Position numbers and translations under genes: made by a program. This document shows positions 16,468 through 25,885 of a stretch of DNA of 25,885 nt, piece by piece (the first letter of the stretch is position 1; every line of letters begins with the position of its first letter). Below the pieces are notes generated by a model that searched no databases, had not been told where the DNA came from, and was given only the letters and a program-made list of their open reading frames with translations. Source of the DNA: Candidatus Odinarchaeota archaeon (GTDB lineage Archaea > Asgardarchaeota > Odinarchaeia > Odinarchaeales > Odinarchaeaceae); the NCBI GenBank assembly GCA_038826135.1, contig JAWBON010000014.1:1-25885 (forward strand), read 5' to 3'.

Positions 16468-17778
16468 TCAGAATTCTATCATAACCGGGCTGAATCTTAT
16501 AGCGGTACCGTTTATTAAAACTTGCTCTTCTTTACCGCCTACGTTTACTATAGAATTTAACAGTGTTTGACATGAAGAGGCTATTAGAGGCCCGTATATA
16601 GGATATAATATTTCCCCGTTTTTAACTTCATACCCTCCTACCACGACGACGCCGAAGTCCCCTGTCACACTATTAGAAGTGTGAGCTCCAGTGATAGTAT
16701 CAATATAATAGCCGTGGCCTAATTCATTCAATAAGTTATCACCTGCAGTCGGTGGAATGTGAATTGTATTTAATCCTATAAATGGGGGGGTATAATAAGA
16801 TCTATGAGCGTTACCTGTACTTTTTTCCCCGCTCCTGTTCCCCCACTCGATATCATAGACAGCTTGCTTCAAAACACCGTGGTCGACGATCACATTTTTA
16901 CGTGTAGGGGTACCTTCGCAGTCAAATGGGCGGCCGCTTACAAAGTTGTTTGAATCACCCCAATCAATTATCGACAGGTTGTCTGAGGCTACCTGCTGAC
17001 CTATTTTATCAAATAGAAAACTTCTCCTGCGAAGCATGCTTTCTCCGGTGACTGCTTGTCCAATAGTGAAATATAATAATTCACCTAAAGCAGGAGGGCT
17101 TAAAATCAATTTACTATTTATTTTACTTCGCTTCCTAGGGTGTAGTGAAAGCATTAATTTATTGGTAAATTCATCGGATATCTTACCGGTAGTTTCACCT
17201 TCGGTTAAAAGTGTGAGGTCAGTTACTTGACACTCTAATGAAGGAGGGTTATTAGATTTACCGTAAATTGTCTTGCTTAGAATTGTCTTTTCATACCTGG
17301 ATTCGACGCCATTAGTGTTATACACACAGATTTCGATTAAAGACTTACTTACACCCCCGGAGAGCATAGGTTGAATACCAGCTTTCCTTGATTTTTCAAG
17401 AGTCTGGTTAAGTAGATCTGAAGACTCTTCTAGAATCCTAGAAGAGGGAATCTTCGCTATTTTATCAGATTTAAAACCCCCGCGGTCACGCGTAGCTGTC
17501 TTTTGGAATTCTATAAAAGGATTCGCATTATTAACTTTAGCTAGTTTAATAGCTTTCTCAAATAAGTTCTCCAAGTTTGCGGTATTAATATTACATGTCG
17601 ATGAAAAACCAAGTTTACCATCGTATTTAACTCTTATTCCCACACCCTCATCAAAGATGTCCTCTAAAAACTGTATTTTACTATTCTCGAAGCTGGATGA
17701 AGTGGAACGTATTTTAGAATGGTATATTTCAGTTTCAACCCCCAGTTTACAAGCCTTGGATAGAATTTTATCAATCAA
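16468..17778 (-). CDS. pmbA: TldD/PmbA family protein, PmbA (TldE) type
   Basis: GVGIRV..DGKLGFSST, RPFDCEGTPT, STGNAHR, GAHTSNSVTGDF. No HExxxH. Abuts tldD. Confidence 0.85.
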   Translation of the reverse strand: MIDKILSKACKLGVETEIYHSKIRSTSSSFENSKIQFLEDIFDEGVGIRVKYDGKLGFSSTCNINTANLENLFEKAIKLAKVNNANPFIEFQKTATRDRGGFKSDKIAKIPSSRILEESSDLLNQTLEKSRKAGIQPMLSGGVSKSLIEICVYNTNGVESRYEKTILSKTIYGKSNNPPSLECQVTDLTLLTEGETTGKISDEFTNKLMLSLHPRKRSKINSKLILSPPALGELLYFTIGQAVTGESMLRRRSFLFDKIGQQVASDNLSIIDWGDSNNFVSGRPFDCEGTPTRKNVIVDHGVLKQAVYDIEWGNRSGEKSTGNAHRSYYTPPFIGLNTIHIPPTAGDNLLNELGHGYYIDTITGAHTSNSVTGDFGVVVVGGYEVKNGEILYPIYGPLIASSCQTLLNSIVNVGGKEEQVLINGTAIRFSPVMIEF

Positions 17779-19170
17779 TTAAACCCCTCCCACTATTAAC
17801 CGGGGAACTCTCACAGCCGGCCCACCGTCTCCTACAATAACTAATTGACCTTTCCCGCATGTTCCTATATCTGTTTCAAAATTTTTTCCAACAGCATCCA
17901 TACTCATTAATGTTTCAAATGTGGAACCTGATATTGAAACATCCCGTAACGGGTTTTTTAGCTCCCCTCCTTCTATAAGCCAGCCTACTTGTGCTGCAAA
18001 CTGGAAGGTTCCTAAAAGAGATGCTTGACCGCCTATGAATTTTTCAACATAAACCCCTGTTTCAATATCCTCTATCATCTCTTCAAAGGAGTGGTCACCG
18101 CTTTTAAGATAAGTGTTCCTCATTCTAATAATAGGAGGATAACGGTAACTAGCAGCGCGGGCGTTACCTTTCGGCGGCTGATTGAATATCTTAGCGTATT
18201 CGCGGTTTACCATAAAATTTTTCAGTATACCTTTCTCGACGAGTATGGATTTATCCCCTCTAACACCTTCCTGATCGTATGGAACCCACCCGCCGTCGAT
18301 GTTTAAAGGCTCATCGGTAATCGTCACATTCTCGTGAGCGATTTTCTTACCGATCTGCTGCGGTGTGATTACACCGCCGGCCATAACCAAGTCTGCTTCA
18401 CATAAATGTCCAAACGCTTCATGGATGAGGGTCCCTGTCATAGAGGGATCCATCACCACCGGCTGAATTCCCTTAGGAGGCTGGCTGCCGTTAAGAATGT
18501 TTTTTACGCGGTTGATTGAGCGGGATAGTAGAGCAGATGAGGACCATTTCCCCCCGTCTTTAAAAGCCTCCAAGCCTCTTACACCGCCAACGGTTTCAGA
18601 CGCTCTGCCCTGCTTACCGTTCTTTAAACCTGTCAAATTTATATTCAGCCTGTTAAATGGGTATGATTGAATTATTTTAGAGCCTTGATTATTCGAATAA
18701 ATCGTTTGTTTATAAGTAGAGTTAAATAATATATTAAACGATCTGATAAAAGAGTACTCCCCATTCCTCAGAGAGTTCAGCTCTCTATAAACGGATAAAG
18801 GTATATCTGCAACATCATCTATGTTAACATTTAGAATGGTTTGAGAGGCTTTCACCTCTACATTATCAACATATCCTTTAGTATCGTATAGTTCAAGCCT
18901 TTTTATATAAGCAGGTTCTATTTTAAAAAAATCTTTTTCTAAAATATTTTCAAGAGAGGTTCTTGTAGGGTTAGTGATAAATGTGAAAAACCATAAACCG
19001 TTTTTCAGAAGCCGTACACTTAAACCATTATCTTCGTTAAAAACAAGGTCTTTAAGACCGTCCTCAGTGATGTTTACAGCGATTGTTTGAGCGCGCTCTT
19101 GCCTACATTCTATGAAATCAAAGTTTTTTAAAGCAGGCTGGTTTAACAGGTAATCGGTTAAGTCATCCAT
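17779..19170 (-). CDS. tldD: TldD metalloprotease
   Basis: IHEAFGHLCEAD metal-binding motif, YDQEGV, GNARAASY..PPIIRMRNTY, CGKGQ.V.VGDGGP. ATG 19170 follows AGGTG; the track starts at 19179. Confidence 0.92.
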   Translation of the reverse strand: MDDLTDYLLNQPALKNFDFIECRQERAQTIAVNITEDGLKDLVFNEDNGLSVRLLKNGLWFFTFITNPTRTSLENILEKDFFKIEPAYIKRLELYDTKGYVDNVEVKASQTILNVNIDDVADIPLSVYRELNSLRNGEYSFIRSFNILFNSTYKQTIYSNNQGSKIIQSYPFNRLNINLTGLKNGKQGRASETVGGVRGLEAFKDGGKWSSSALLSRSINRVKNILNGSQPPKGIQPVVMDPSMTGTLIHEAFGHLCEADLVMAGGVITPQQIGKKIAHENVTITDEPLNIDGGWVPYDQEGVRGDKSILVEKGILKNFMVNREYAKIFNQPPKGNARAASYRYPPIIRMRNTYLKSGDHSFEEMIEDIETGVYVEKFIGGQASLLGTFQFAAQVGWLIEGGELKNPLRDVSISGSTFETLMSMDAVGKNFETDIGTCGKGQLVIVGDGGPAVRVPRLIVGGV

Positions 19171-19196
19171 TTCTAACACACCTTTATGAATATCTA

Positions 19197-19730
19197 CTAA
19201 TCTTTTTGCACAAATCTGTCAAAGTGTATAATTTCACTTAAAGGTTTTCTTAAAGGTTTTCTAGGGCTTTCAGCAGGGTAACCTAGAGGTATTATCGCAA
19301 CCGGTCTTACATGGTCAGGTAGAAACAGTATTTTTCCAGCGGCTTTTTCAGAGAACGCTCCAACCCAGCATGATCCAATGCCTTTGAAGGAAGCGTATAA
19401 AAGCATGTTTTCAATAGCAGCCGCTGTGTCTTGAATACAGTAAAGACCACTACCACGTTCCCCATACGCTCTGGAGGCTTCCGCCAGATTCGCGCAGACG
19501 ACTATAACAACCGGGGCTTCAGCTATAAACACCTGTCCGTAAGCAGCTTTAGCGAGGGCTGCTTTAACATCTTTATCTTTAACTATTATAAATTCCCATG
19601 GTTGAACGTTACCAGCGGAGGGTGCTGAAACAGCGGCTCTAATAATTTCATAGAGGACATCCTCATTTAACACATCCGGCTTATATCTTCTAATACTTCT
19701 CCTATTATACATTAACTCCATCAGATTCAT
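19197..19730 (-). CDS. Nitroreductase family protein
   Basis: RRSIRRY, APSAGNVQPWEF, QDTAAAIENMLL, GIGSCWVGAF, LGYP. ATG 19730 follows GGTGA; the track starts at 19751. Confidence 0.92.
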   Translation of the reverse strand: MNLMELMYNRRSIRRYKPDVLNEDVLYEIIRAAVSAPSAGNVQPWEFIIVKDKDVKAALAKAAYGQVFIAEAPVVIVVCANLAEASRAYGERGSGLYCIQDTAAAIENMLLYASFKGIGSCWVGAFSEKAAGKILFLPDHVRPVAIIPLGYPAESPRKPLRKPLSEIIHFDRFVQKD

Positions 19731-19863
19731 ACAATCACCAGATGGTTTCAACTCTGTTAAAACAGGCGGCTTACAGGTTATATAGTTGAAAACATATTTT
19801 TAATATACACATCGTTTTATTAATGTTAGCGACAGTATTTTGAAAAAATATCAGGTGCTTTAA

Positions 19864-20226
19864 ATGACTGGTAAAAACTGGAGAAAAATATACTTTCAAA
19901 TATTCCATGAAGGGAGTGAAAAACCTGTATGTGTTTGTAGAGCGGATAGAATAAACGTCGACGATGTTAAAGGTTCTAATATCACCGGCAGCATAGAGAA
20001 TTTCTTTCCATTAATGGGTTCCATTATAGAACTCTTATCCGACGCGGGTTTTTCAGGAAGTACTAAAAAATATGTGATATGCTGGGCTGATGAGAGAATA
20101 GAAGATGAAGATAAGAAGTGGTTGAAGCTTGTGGGTGTTAGATTCTTAGAGGCGATTGATAGCATAGGAACATGTGATAAACAAAGATACAGGTGCAGAT
20201 TTATTGCTGAAAAATTTGTAGATTAA
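19864..20226 (+). CDS. Hypothetical protein
   Basis: 120-aa ORF with AGGTG upstream of the ATG, co-oriented with leuS. No family recognised. Confidence 0.6.
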   Translation: MTGKNWRKIYFQIFHEGSEKPVCVCRADRINVDDVKGSNITGSIENFFPLMGSIIELLSDAGFSGSTKKYVICWADERIEDEDKKWLKLVGVRFLEAIDSIGTCDKQRYRCRFIAEKFVD

Positions 20227-20357
20227 TAACGCTTTAATTTAAAATAAGTATTTTTAACGAATAGAAATGTCGGAGAGAGCTTGCCTTAAATATTATATAG
20301 TTGATTACAACTAATATATGATTCTCTTACTTGCTAGCTAGAAACGGAGTGTTTAAA

Positions 20358-23177
20358 ATGGATCGAACATGGTCGGCTATAGAGGAAAAATGGCAGAAGA
20401 GATGGCGGGAGGCTAAAATTTTCGAGGCGGATCCCGCGGATAAACCTAAAGTTTTTGTTACATTCCCTTACGCTTACTTAAACGGTCCACTCCACTTAGG
20501 TCACGCATATACATGTCTCCGTGTAGATGTTTACGCTCGTTTTAAACGGATGCAGGGCTATAATGTTTTGTTCCCGTTCGCCTTTCACGCTACCGGCGAG
20601 CCTATAGCTGGTGTGGCTGAGAGGGTTCGAAAAAACGATGATAAACAAATAAGCATATTACTGGCTAGTGGAGTTGCACCTGAAGATGTGAAAAAATTCA
20701 GAGACCCGGAGTACATAGTTGAATATTACAGGGTTGAAGGGATAAGAGCGTTTAACAGGATCGGTTTTTCAATAGATTGGCGGAGACAGTTTACAACAAT
20801 AACTAAAGAGTATAATAAATTCATAGAATGGCAGTATTATACACTGAGAGATAAAAACTATGTTCAGAAGGGGACACACCCAGTTGTATGGTGCCCTTCA
20901 TGTAAAAGCCCTACTGGTGATCACGATAGGCTAACAGGGGAAGGTGTGTCGCCGATTGACTATGTTTTATTAAAGTTTAGATTTGAGGATTCCTGGCTTG
21001 TAATGGCTACACTAAGACCTGAAACCATTTTCGGAGTTGTAAATGTTTGGGTTAACCCGGATGCTGATTATGTTAAAGCCGAGGTTAACGGTGAAAGATG
21101 GGTGATGAGCAAAGATGCTGTTGTAAAATTTGTGGAGCAGAAAAAGAATGTTAAAGTCATTGAAGAATTTAAAGGAAAGAGACTGCTAGGCCAATACTGT
21201 ATTGTACCGATTTCTAATGCCCGGGTACCAATCCTACCAGCGTATTTTGTTGACCCTAATAACGCATCCGGTATTGTTATGAGTGTACCTAGCCATGCAC
21301 CTTATGATTGGCTTGGGCTACTCGACTTGAAGAATAATCCTGGAATCCTTGAAAAGTTTGGGTTAAACCCTAAAATATTAGAAGATATTAAACCTATTTC
21401 ACTAATTGAAACACCCGGTTTCGGAGAGCATCCTGCTATAGAAATCGTTACAAAAATGAAGATTAAGGATCAAAAAGACCCTAAAGCTGAAGAGGCTACG
21501 AAACTAGTTTATAAAAAGGAATTTCATCAAGGAGTCCTCCGCGAGAACACTGGTAAGTATAAAGGTATACCTGTAAGGGAGATCAAAGAGAAGTTAACAG
21601 GCGATCTTGTTGCAAGCGGCGTAGCGGATATGATGTGGGAGACCGCGGACAGAGTGGTTTGCCGCTGTAATACACAGTGTATAGTAAAAATTTTAGAAGA
21701 CCAATGGTTTTTAACCTATTCAAATCCCGAGTGGAAGAGGATTGCTCATGAAGTCTTAGATAACGCTCTAGTATTACCGGAAGAGGCTAAAACAGCTTTC
21801 GAATACACTATTGATTGGTTAACAGATAAAGCATGTGCTAGAAGAACAGGTTTAGGAACTAGACTGCCCTGGGACAGGGACTGGATTGTTGAAACCTTAT
21901 CAGACTCTACTATTTACATGGCGTTTTATATAATAGCGAAATATGTTAACGCTGGCTGGCTTAGAGCAGAGCATATGAGTAAAGAGTTCTTTGACTATGT
22001 GTTTTTAGGGAATGGTGATTCATCTAAACTCGCTGACACTTTGAAGATAGATCGAAAACTAATAGAAGACGTGAAAAAAGAATTTGAATACTGGTATCCG
22101 GTTGACTTACGGAATTCAGCTAAGGAACTTGTTTACAACCATTTCACATTCTTTCTTTTCCATCATGGAGCGATTTTCCCGAGAAAACACTGGCCTAGGA
22201 TACTAGGAGTTAACGGAATGATTAACATAGAAGGCCAGAAAATGTCTAAATCTAAAGGAATATTCATCTCTATAAACGAGGCTGTTGACAGGTTTGGAGC
22301 AGATGCTACAAGACTTGAACTAGCTTACGCTTCAGAGGGGTTAGCTGACGCTGACTGGCGTACAAGCGACGTGATAGGATTGCGGAGCAGAATACTGTCA
22401 ACATTCAGCATGTTAAGAAATATTGACGGTGAGCTGGATGAAAATTACGGTCAGGTTGATAAGTGGCTGGAGAGTCGTATTAATTTAGCTGTTAAAAAAG
22501 TTACAGAACATTATGAGCGAATGGAGAATAGATCCGCCATCCAGGAGGGGTTCTTTAACTTACAAAACGACTTGAAATGGTATCTTAGAAGAAGAGTTAA
22601 ACCGTCAAAAATGTTTAGAAAAGCTGCCGAAGTGATGGTTAAACTTGTAGCACCTGTACTACCGCATTTCTCAGAGGAGCTTTGGTCTTGTTGGGGTAAA
22701 GAAGGATTCATATCCCTTGCAAAATGGCCTGAATTCGATGAGAGTAAAATAAATACAGAATACGATGTTTGGGAGGGTTTTCTCCAAAACATGCTAGCAG
22801 ATATTAGAGAGATAATGAAAGTGAATAAAATAAGTAAACCTGCTAAAATAAGCATATTCATAGCGCCTAAATGGAAATATGAGATTTACAGTGAAGCGCA
22901 GAAAAGCTTAGATAAAATATTTGAACGCGTTATGAAACAGGAGAAATTTAAAAAACTCGGTAAAGAAGTTTTAAATTACTTGAAAAAATTACAGAAAACT
23001 AATATTGTCAAAGCGAAAGTGGATCAGGATATCGAAGCGAAATTTTTAGAAGACTCAATATGGTTTATTAAAAAAGAGTTAGCTGTTGAAGAGATAAACA
23101 TAGTTTACTCTGAGAGAACTGAGCATCCGAAAAGTAAAGTATCTGAACCGTTGAAGCCGGGAATACTTATCGAGTAA
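20358..23177 (+). CDS. leuS: Leucine--tRNA ligase, archaeal type
   Basis: FPYAYLNGPLHLGH (HIGH), KMSKS, TLRPETIFG, GIVMSVPSHAPYD editing domain, IDWRRQFTT. Probable ATG at 20358; the track starts at 20331. Confidence 0.96.
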   Translation: MDRTWSAIEEKWQKRWREAKIFEADPADKPKVFVTFPYAYLNGPLHLGHAYTCLRVDVYARFKRMQGYNVLFPFAFHATGEPIAGVAERVRKNDDKQISILLASGVAPEDVKKFRDPEYIVEYYRVEGIRAFNRIGFSIDWRRQFTTITKEYNKFIEWQYYTLRDKNYVQKGTHPVVWCPSCKSPTGDHDRLTGEGVSPIDYVLLKFRFEDSWLVMATLRPETIFGVVNVWVNPDADYVKAEVNGERWVMSKDAVVKFVEQKKNVKVIEEFKGKRLLGQYCIVPISNARVPILPAYFVDPNNASGIVMSVPSHAPYDWLGLLDLKNNPGILEKFGLNPKILEDIKPISLIETPGFGEHPAIEIVTKMKIKDQKDPKAEEATKLVYKKEFHQGVLRENTGKYKGIPVREIKEKLTGDLVASGVADMMWETADRVVCRCNTQCIVKILEDQWFLTYSNPEWKRIAHEVLDNALVLPEEAKTAFEYTIDWLTDKACARRTGLGTRLPWDRDWIVETLSDSTIYMAFYIIAKYVNAGWLRAEHMSKEFFDYVFLGNGDSSKLADTLKIDRKLIEDVKKEFEYWYPVDLRNSAKELVYNHFTFFLFHHGAIFPRKHWPRILGVNGMINIEGQKMSKSKGIFISINEAVDRFGADATRLELAYASEGLADADWRTSDVIGLRSRILSTFSMLRNIDGELDENYGQVDKWLESRINLAVKKVTEHYERMENRSAIQEGFFNLQNDLKWYLRRRVKPSKMFRKAAEVMVKLVAPVLPHFSEELWSCWGKEGFISLAKWPEFDESKINTEYDVWEGFLQNMLADIREIMKVNKISKPAKISIFIAPKWKYEIYSEAQKSLDKIFERVMKQEKFKKLGKEVLNYLKKLQKTNIVKAKVDQDIEAKFLEDSIWFIKKELAVEEINIVYSERTEHPKSKVSEPLKPGILIE

Positions 23178-23191
23178 AATTTGAAGAATAT

Positions 23192-24271
23192 TTAGATAAA
23201 TTTTAAACCTATAGTAGGCTTCTTATATTTCCGTCCGATGTTTATTGCAAGAGACGTCAAGTATTCTAAGGTTTCAGCGTTTTTCAGAGATCCTCCGTCT
23301 AATGGTCGGAGATTAGGTATTTGAGATATAAGGCGCATTATTGTTTTCTTAGATTTTTCATCATTGCCAGCAACAACAACGTCGAAGCTGAGCGGAAACT
23401 CTATTCTCGATAAATTAGCAGCTGGAATGGTGTGGAAAGCCGCTACTGTTTCAGGACCTAGGGCTTTTGTCATCAAATACACTTTTTCAGCAGCAGATAT
23501 TCTATGGCGGTCTATGCCTATTTCACCTGTATCCCTTATTTTCAAAGGGACAATAGGGCTTAGAATTATCTGACCTTCATGTAATCCGTCTTTGATCGAT
23601 AAAATAAGATCTTCTATTGACTGATAAGGAATTGTTAAAACAATTATTTCAGCTTGTCTAACTATTTGCTGGTTTAATCCAGCCTCCACTTTCGGTTTAA
23701 CCCCTATAGAGATAAGATTAGTTCTAATCTGTTCAGCTATCTTCTCCGCGCTCTCCAGGTTTCTTGAACCCACCATAATATGATGACCGGTTTTACCCCA
23801 TCTTAAAGCCAGCCCGCGGCCTTGTTTACCTGTCCCACCGATAATAGCTATTTTATAACATCTATCTATCGTATGATAAGTTTTATTTTTTACAGAGCAT
23901 TCCTCACATTCAACAATCACTTTAGCGGATATTAAACCAATAACCCTCTGCCCTCTATCAACTACAATTATATTTTTAACCCTATTATTCAACATTAAAC
24001 TCATACTCTCCTCTACAGGACTGTCCGCTGATATTGTCACCACTGGAAAAGACATTATTTCCTCAACAGGGGTTTCATCAAAAGGATAGCCGAGAGATTT
24101 AGCCTTCACAAGATCCCATATTGTGATAACGCCGACACAGCTGCCTTTCTTATCTAGAACAATAGTGGTATCTATGTTAGACTGTTTCATTTTATTGTAA
24201 GCTGCGGAGACAGTGTCACCGACAGTGACCTCGTTAAAGTTTTTAATCATTATGTCACTAACTTTTTTCAT
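23192..24271 (-). CDS. npdG: Fusion of a CBS-domain pair with NADPH-dependent F420 reductase (F420H2:NADP+ oxidoreductase)
   Basis: The N-terminal ~120 aa are two CBS repeats (VSDIM, VGVITIWDL, PVEEIMSFPVVTISADSPV, IGLISAKVI). The rest has KIAIIGGTGKQGRGLALRW, VGSR, VAAFHTI, DVVVAGND, LRPLDGGSLKNAETLE. One uninterrupted frame. Confidence 0.85.
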   Translation of the reverse strand: MKKVSDIMIKNFNEVTVGDTVSAAYNKMKQSNIDTTIVLDKKGSCVGVITIWDLVKAKSLGYPFDETPVEEIMSFPVVTISADSPVEESMSLMLNNRVKNIIVVDRGQRVIGLISAKVIVECEECSVKNKTYHTIDRCYKIAIIGGTGKQGRGLALRWGKTGHHIMVGSRNLESAEKIAEQIRTNLISIGVKPKVEAGLNQQIVRQAEIIVLTIPYQSIEDLILSIKDGLHEGQIILSPIVPLKIRDTGEIGIDRHRISAAEKVYLMTKALGPETVAAFHTIPAANLSRIEFPLSFDVVVAGNDEKSKKTIMRLISQIPNLRPLDGGSLKNAETLEYLTSLAINIGRKYKKPTIGLKFI

Positions 24272-24457
24272 AAAATCCCCGTTTGACAGTGAAAAAATTT
24301 AGCAATTAATTAATATACCAGCTTATAGATTTTTTGCTTATATTAGCGTTTTTTTATTTTTTATAAAAAGGTATTTATATACATTAAACTATATTTTCAC
24401 TAAAGTTAAAACAACTGCATTTTTAAACCGTTAAAAAATATGTAATGGGATGATTAT

Positions 24458-24604
24458 ATGTCAACCCAGTTAAAATGTCGAAAATGCGGTAGCACAAACA
24501 TTACACAGCAATCTAATAAGACTAAAATACTAGGATACACTTCGCACACACCAATCTATGCTAAAAAATATATCTGTAATAACTGCGGAGCGGAATGGGA
24601 GTAA
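24458..24604 (+). CDS. 48-aa zinc-ribbon microprotein (absent from the ORF track)
   Basis: Manual translation: MSTQLKCRKCGSTNITQQSNKTKILGYTSHTPIYAKKYICNNCGAEWE*. Two CxxCG knuckles; purine-rich GGGATGA upstream. Confidence 0.75.
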   Translation: MSTQLKCRKCGSTNITQQSNKTKILGYTSHTPIYAKKYICNNCGAEWE

Positions 24605-24656
24605 AAATAACTCCACCAATTTTTTATTTTTCTAAAAACTTTGTGAAGGCGATTAG

Positions 24657-25885
24657 GTGGCGGGTAAACTTTTCGGAACCACGGGCGTGAGAGGTGTTTT
24701 CAACAAGACGTTCACAGCCGATACAGCTCTAAAACTCGGGCTCTCCTTAGGAACCTATATTAAAAATGGAAAAGTACTTGTAGGCAAAGATACTAGGGTA
24801 TGTGCGAATATAATAGAGTCAGCTTTCATAGCGGGTTTAGCAAGTTGCGGTTGCGATGTGTATAAGCTTGGGGTGGTCACAACACCAACCCTAGCATATC
24901 TCACAAAGAAATTCAAATGTAAAGCGGGTGTGATAATAACAGCTTCCCATAACCCGCCTGAATACATAGGGGTGAAATTCTGGTCTAATACAGGTCAAGG
25001 CTACAAGCGCGAAGAAGAGGAGGAGATTGAGAAAATATATGGCGGAGGTGAATTCAAAAAAGTTTCATGGGATAGTGTGGGGAAAATCTACACCGTTAAC
25101 AACCCGGAGAAGTATCATATTCAAGATATTATTAGATTAATCGATTATAAAAGAATTAGAGATAGAGAATTCAAGCTTGTCGTAGATATAGGTAACGGAG
25201 CCGCTTATTCAATAATACCTTTACTAACCAAGGAGTTAAACTGTGTGACAGTTACATTAAACAGTCAGCCAGATGGGTTTTTCCCAGGTAGGCAACCAGC
25301 GCCGAGTAAAAGCAATTTAACAACACTTATAAAACTAATGGAGGGAGGCGGCTACGATCTTGGAGTGGCTTTCGACGGCGACGCTGATCGAATAGCTTTC
25401 GTAGATAATGAAGGCTCATTCATACCCGGCGATGTTTTAATAATCGCGTTAAGCAGATATTTGTTGAAGAATAAACCTGGAAGAATCGTAACCACTATTG
25501 AAAGCAGCATCGCGGTCGAAGAATACGTTAAGCTGACAGGGGGAGAGGTTATCTGGACACCTGTCGGGGATATTAATATAAGCGCAGGGGTAAGCGAGCA
25601 TAATGCTGTTTTCGGCGGTGAAGAGTGCGGCGTTTTCATATGGCCTGAATTCCATCTAGGACCGGATAGTATGATGAGTTTAGCCCGGATTTTAGAGATT
25701 TTAGCGAAGGAAGATATAACTATGAAAAATTTTGTGAAGGGGATAACTATATACCCTGTTATAAGAGAGACAGTGGATTGCCCAGATGAAAAGAAGGAAC
25801 ATGTTATGGAGAAAGCTGGTAGAGAGATCTTGAAGATGAATGGTGTGATAAACGTTAACACCCTTGACGGCTTAAACGTTATCGC
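24657..25885 (+). CDS. Alpha-D-phosphohexomutase (phosphoglucosamine mutase/PMM-PGM family), runs off the window end
   Basis: From GTG 24657: MAGKLFGTTGVRG, GKDTR, TTPTL, ITASHNP (phospho-Ser), FDGDADR (metal loop), GGEECG. No stop before the window end. Confidence 0.93.
   Translation, partial: MAGKLFGTTGVRGVFNKTFTADTALKLGLSLGTYIKNGKVLVGKDTRVCANIIESAFIAGLASCGCDVYKLGVVTTPTLAYLTKKFKCKAGVIITASHNPPEYIGVKFWSNTGQGYKREEEEEIEKIYGGGEFKKVSWDSVGKIYTVNNPEKYHIQDIIRLIDYKRIRDREFKLVVDIGNGAAYSIIPLLTKELNCVTVTLNSQPDGFFPGRQPAPSKSNLTTLIKLMEGGGYDLGVAFDGDADRIAFVDNEGSFIPGDVLIIALSRYLLKNKPGRIVTTIESSIAVEEYVKLTGGEVIWTPVGDINISAGVSEHNAVFGGEECGVFIWPEFHLGPDSMMSLARILEILAKEDITMKNFVKGITIYPVIRETVDCPDEKKEHVMEKAGREILKMNGVINVNTLDGLNVI

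Noticed and set aside
16468-19751. Nitroreductase plus TldD/PmbA as a RiPP (microcin/azole) cluster
   Set aside because: No YcaO or precursor peptide is in the window. The nitroreductase looks generic and TldD/PmbA pairs are widespread in archaea.
24755-25861. Track ORFs 24755-24967(-), 25352-25861(-) and 25449-25655(+)
   Set aside because: They are shadows or off-frame ORFs within the phosphohexomutase gene, which the track missed because it runs off the window.

Overview
Gene-dense, AT-rich archaeal chromosomal window. The archaeal-type srp19, rps8e and leuS, together with four Roadblock/LC7 paralogs and eukaryote-like proteins, suggest an Asgard archaeon; this is inference and the lineage cannot be fixed from the sequence alone. 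Housekeeping content: srp19 (partial), hypA, rps8e, an smc-scpA-scpB operon whose SMC carries a 200-aa mini-intein in the Walker A loop, an ECF S-component plus DUF4430 pair, citrate synthase, nitroreductase-tldD-pmbA, leuS, a CBS-F420:NADP oxidoreductase fusion and a phosphohexomutase (partial). The standout is 8691-12937. It has four different Roadblock proteins, one very close to the dynein light chain Roadblock (DYNLRB) type and one LAMTOR2-like. These are followed by a left-handed beta-helix protein that lacks the gamma-carbonic-anhydrase Zn ligands and resembles dynactin p25 (DCTN5), then a protein with eight CxxC pairs whose Cys pattern and flanking residues match dynactin p62 (DCTN4). 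This looks like a candidate archaeal precursor of the dynactin pointed-end module next to a dynein-light-chain-like gene. All comparisons with eukaryotic proteins are by eye against sequences recalled from memory and need HMM or structure confirmation. I cannot verify novelty. I saw no tRNA, rRNA, CRISPR array or transposase.
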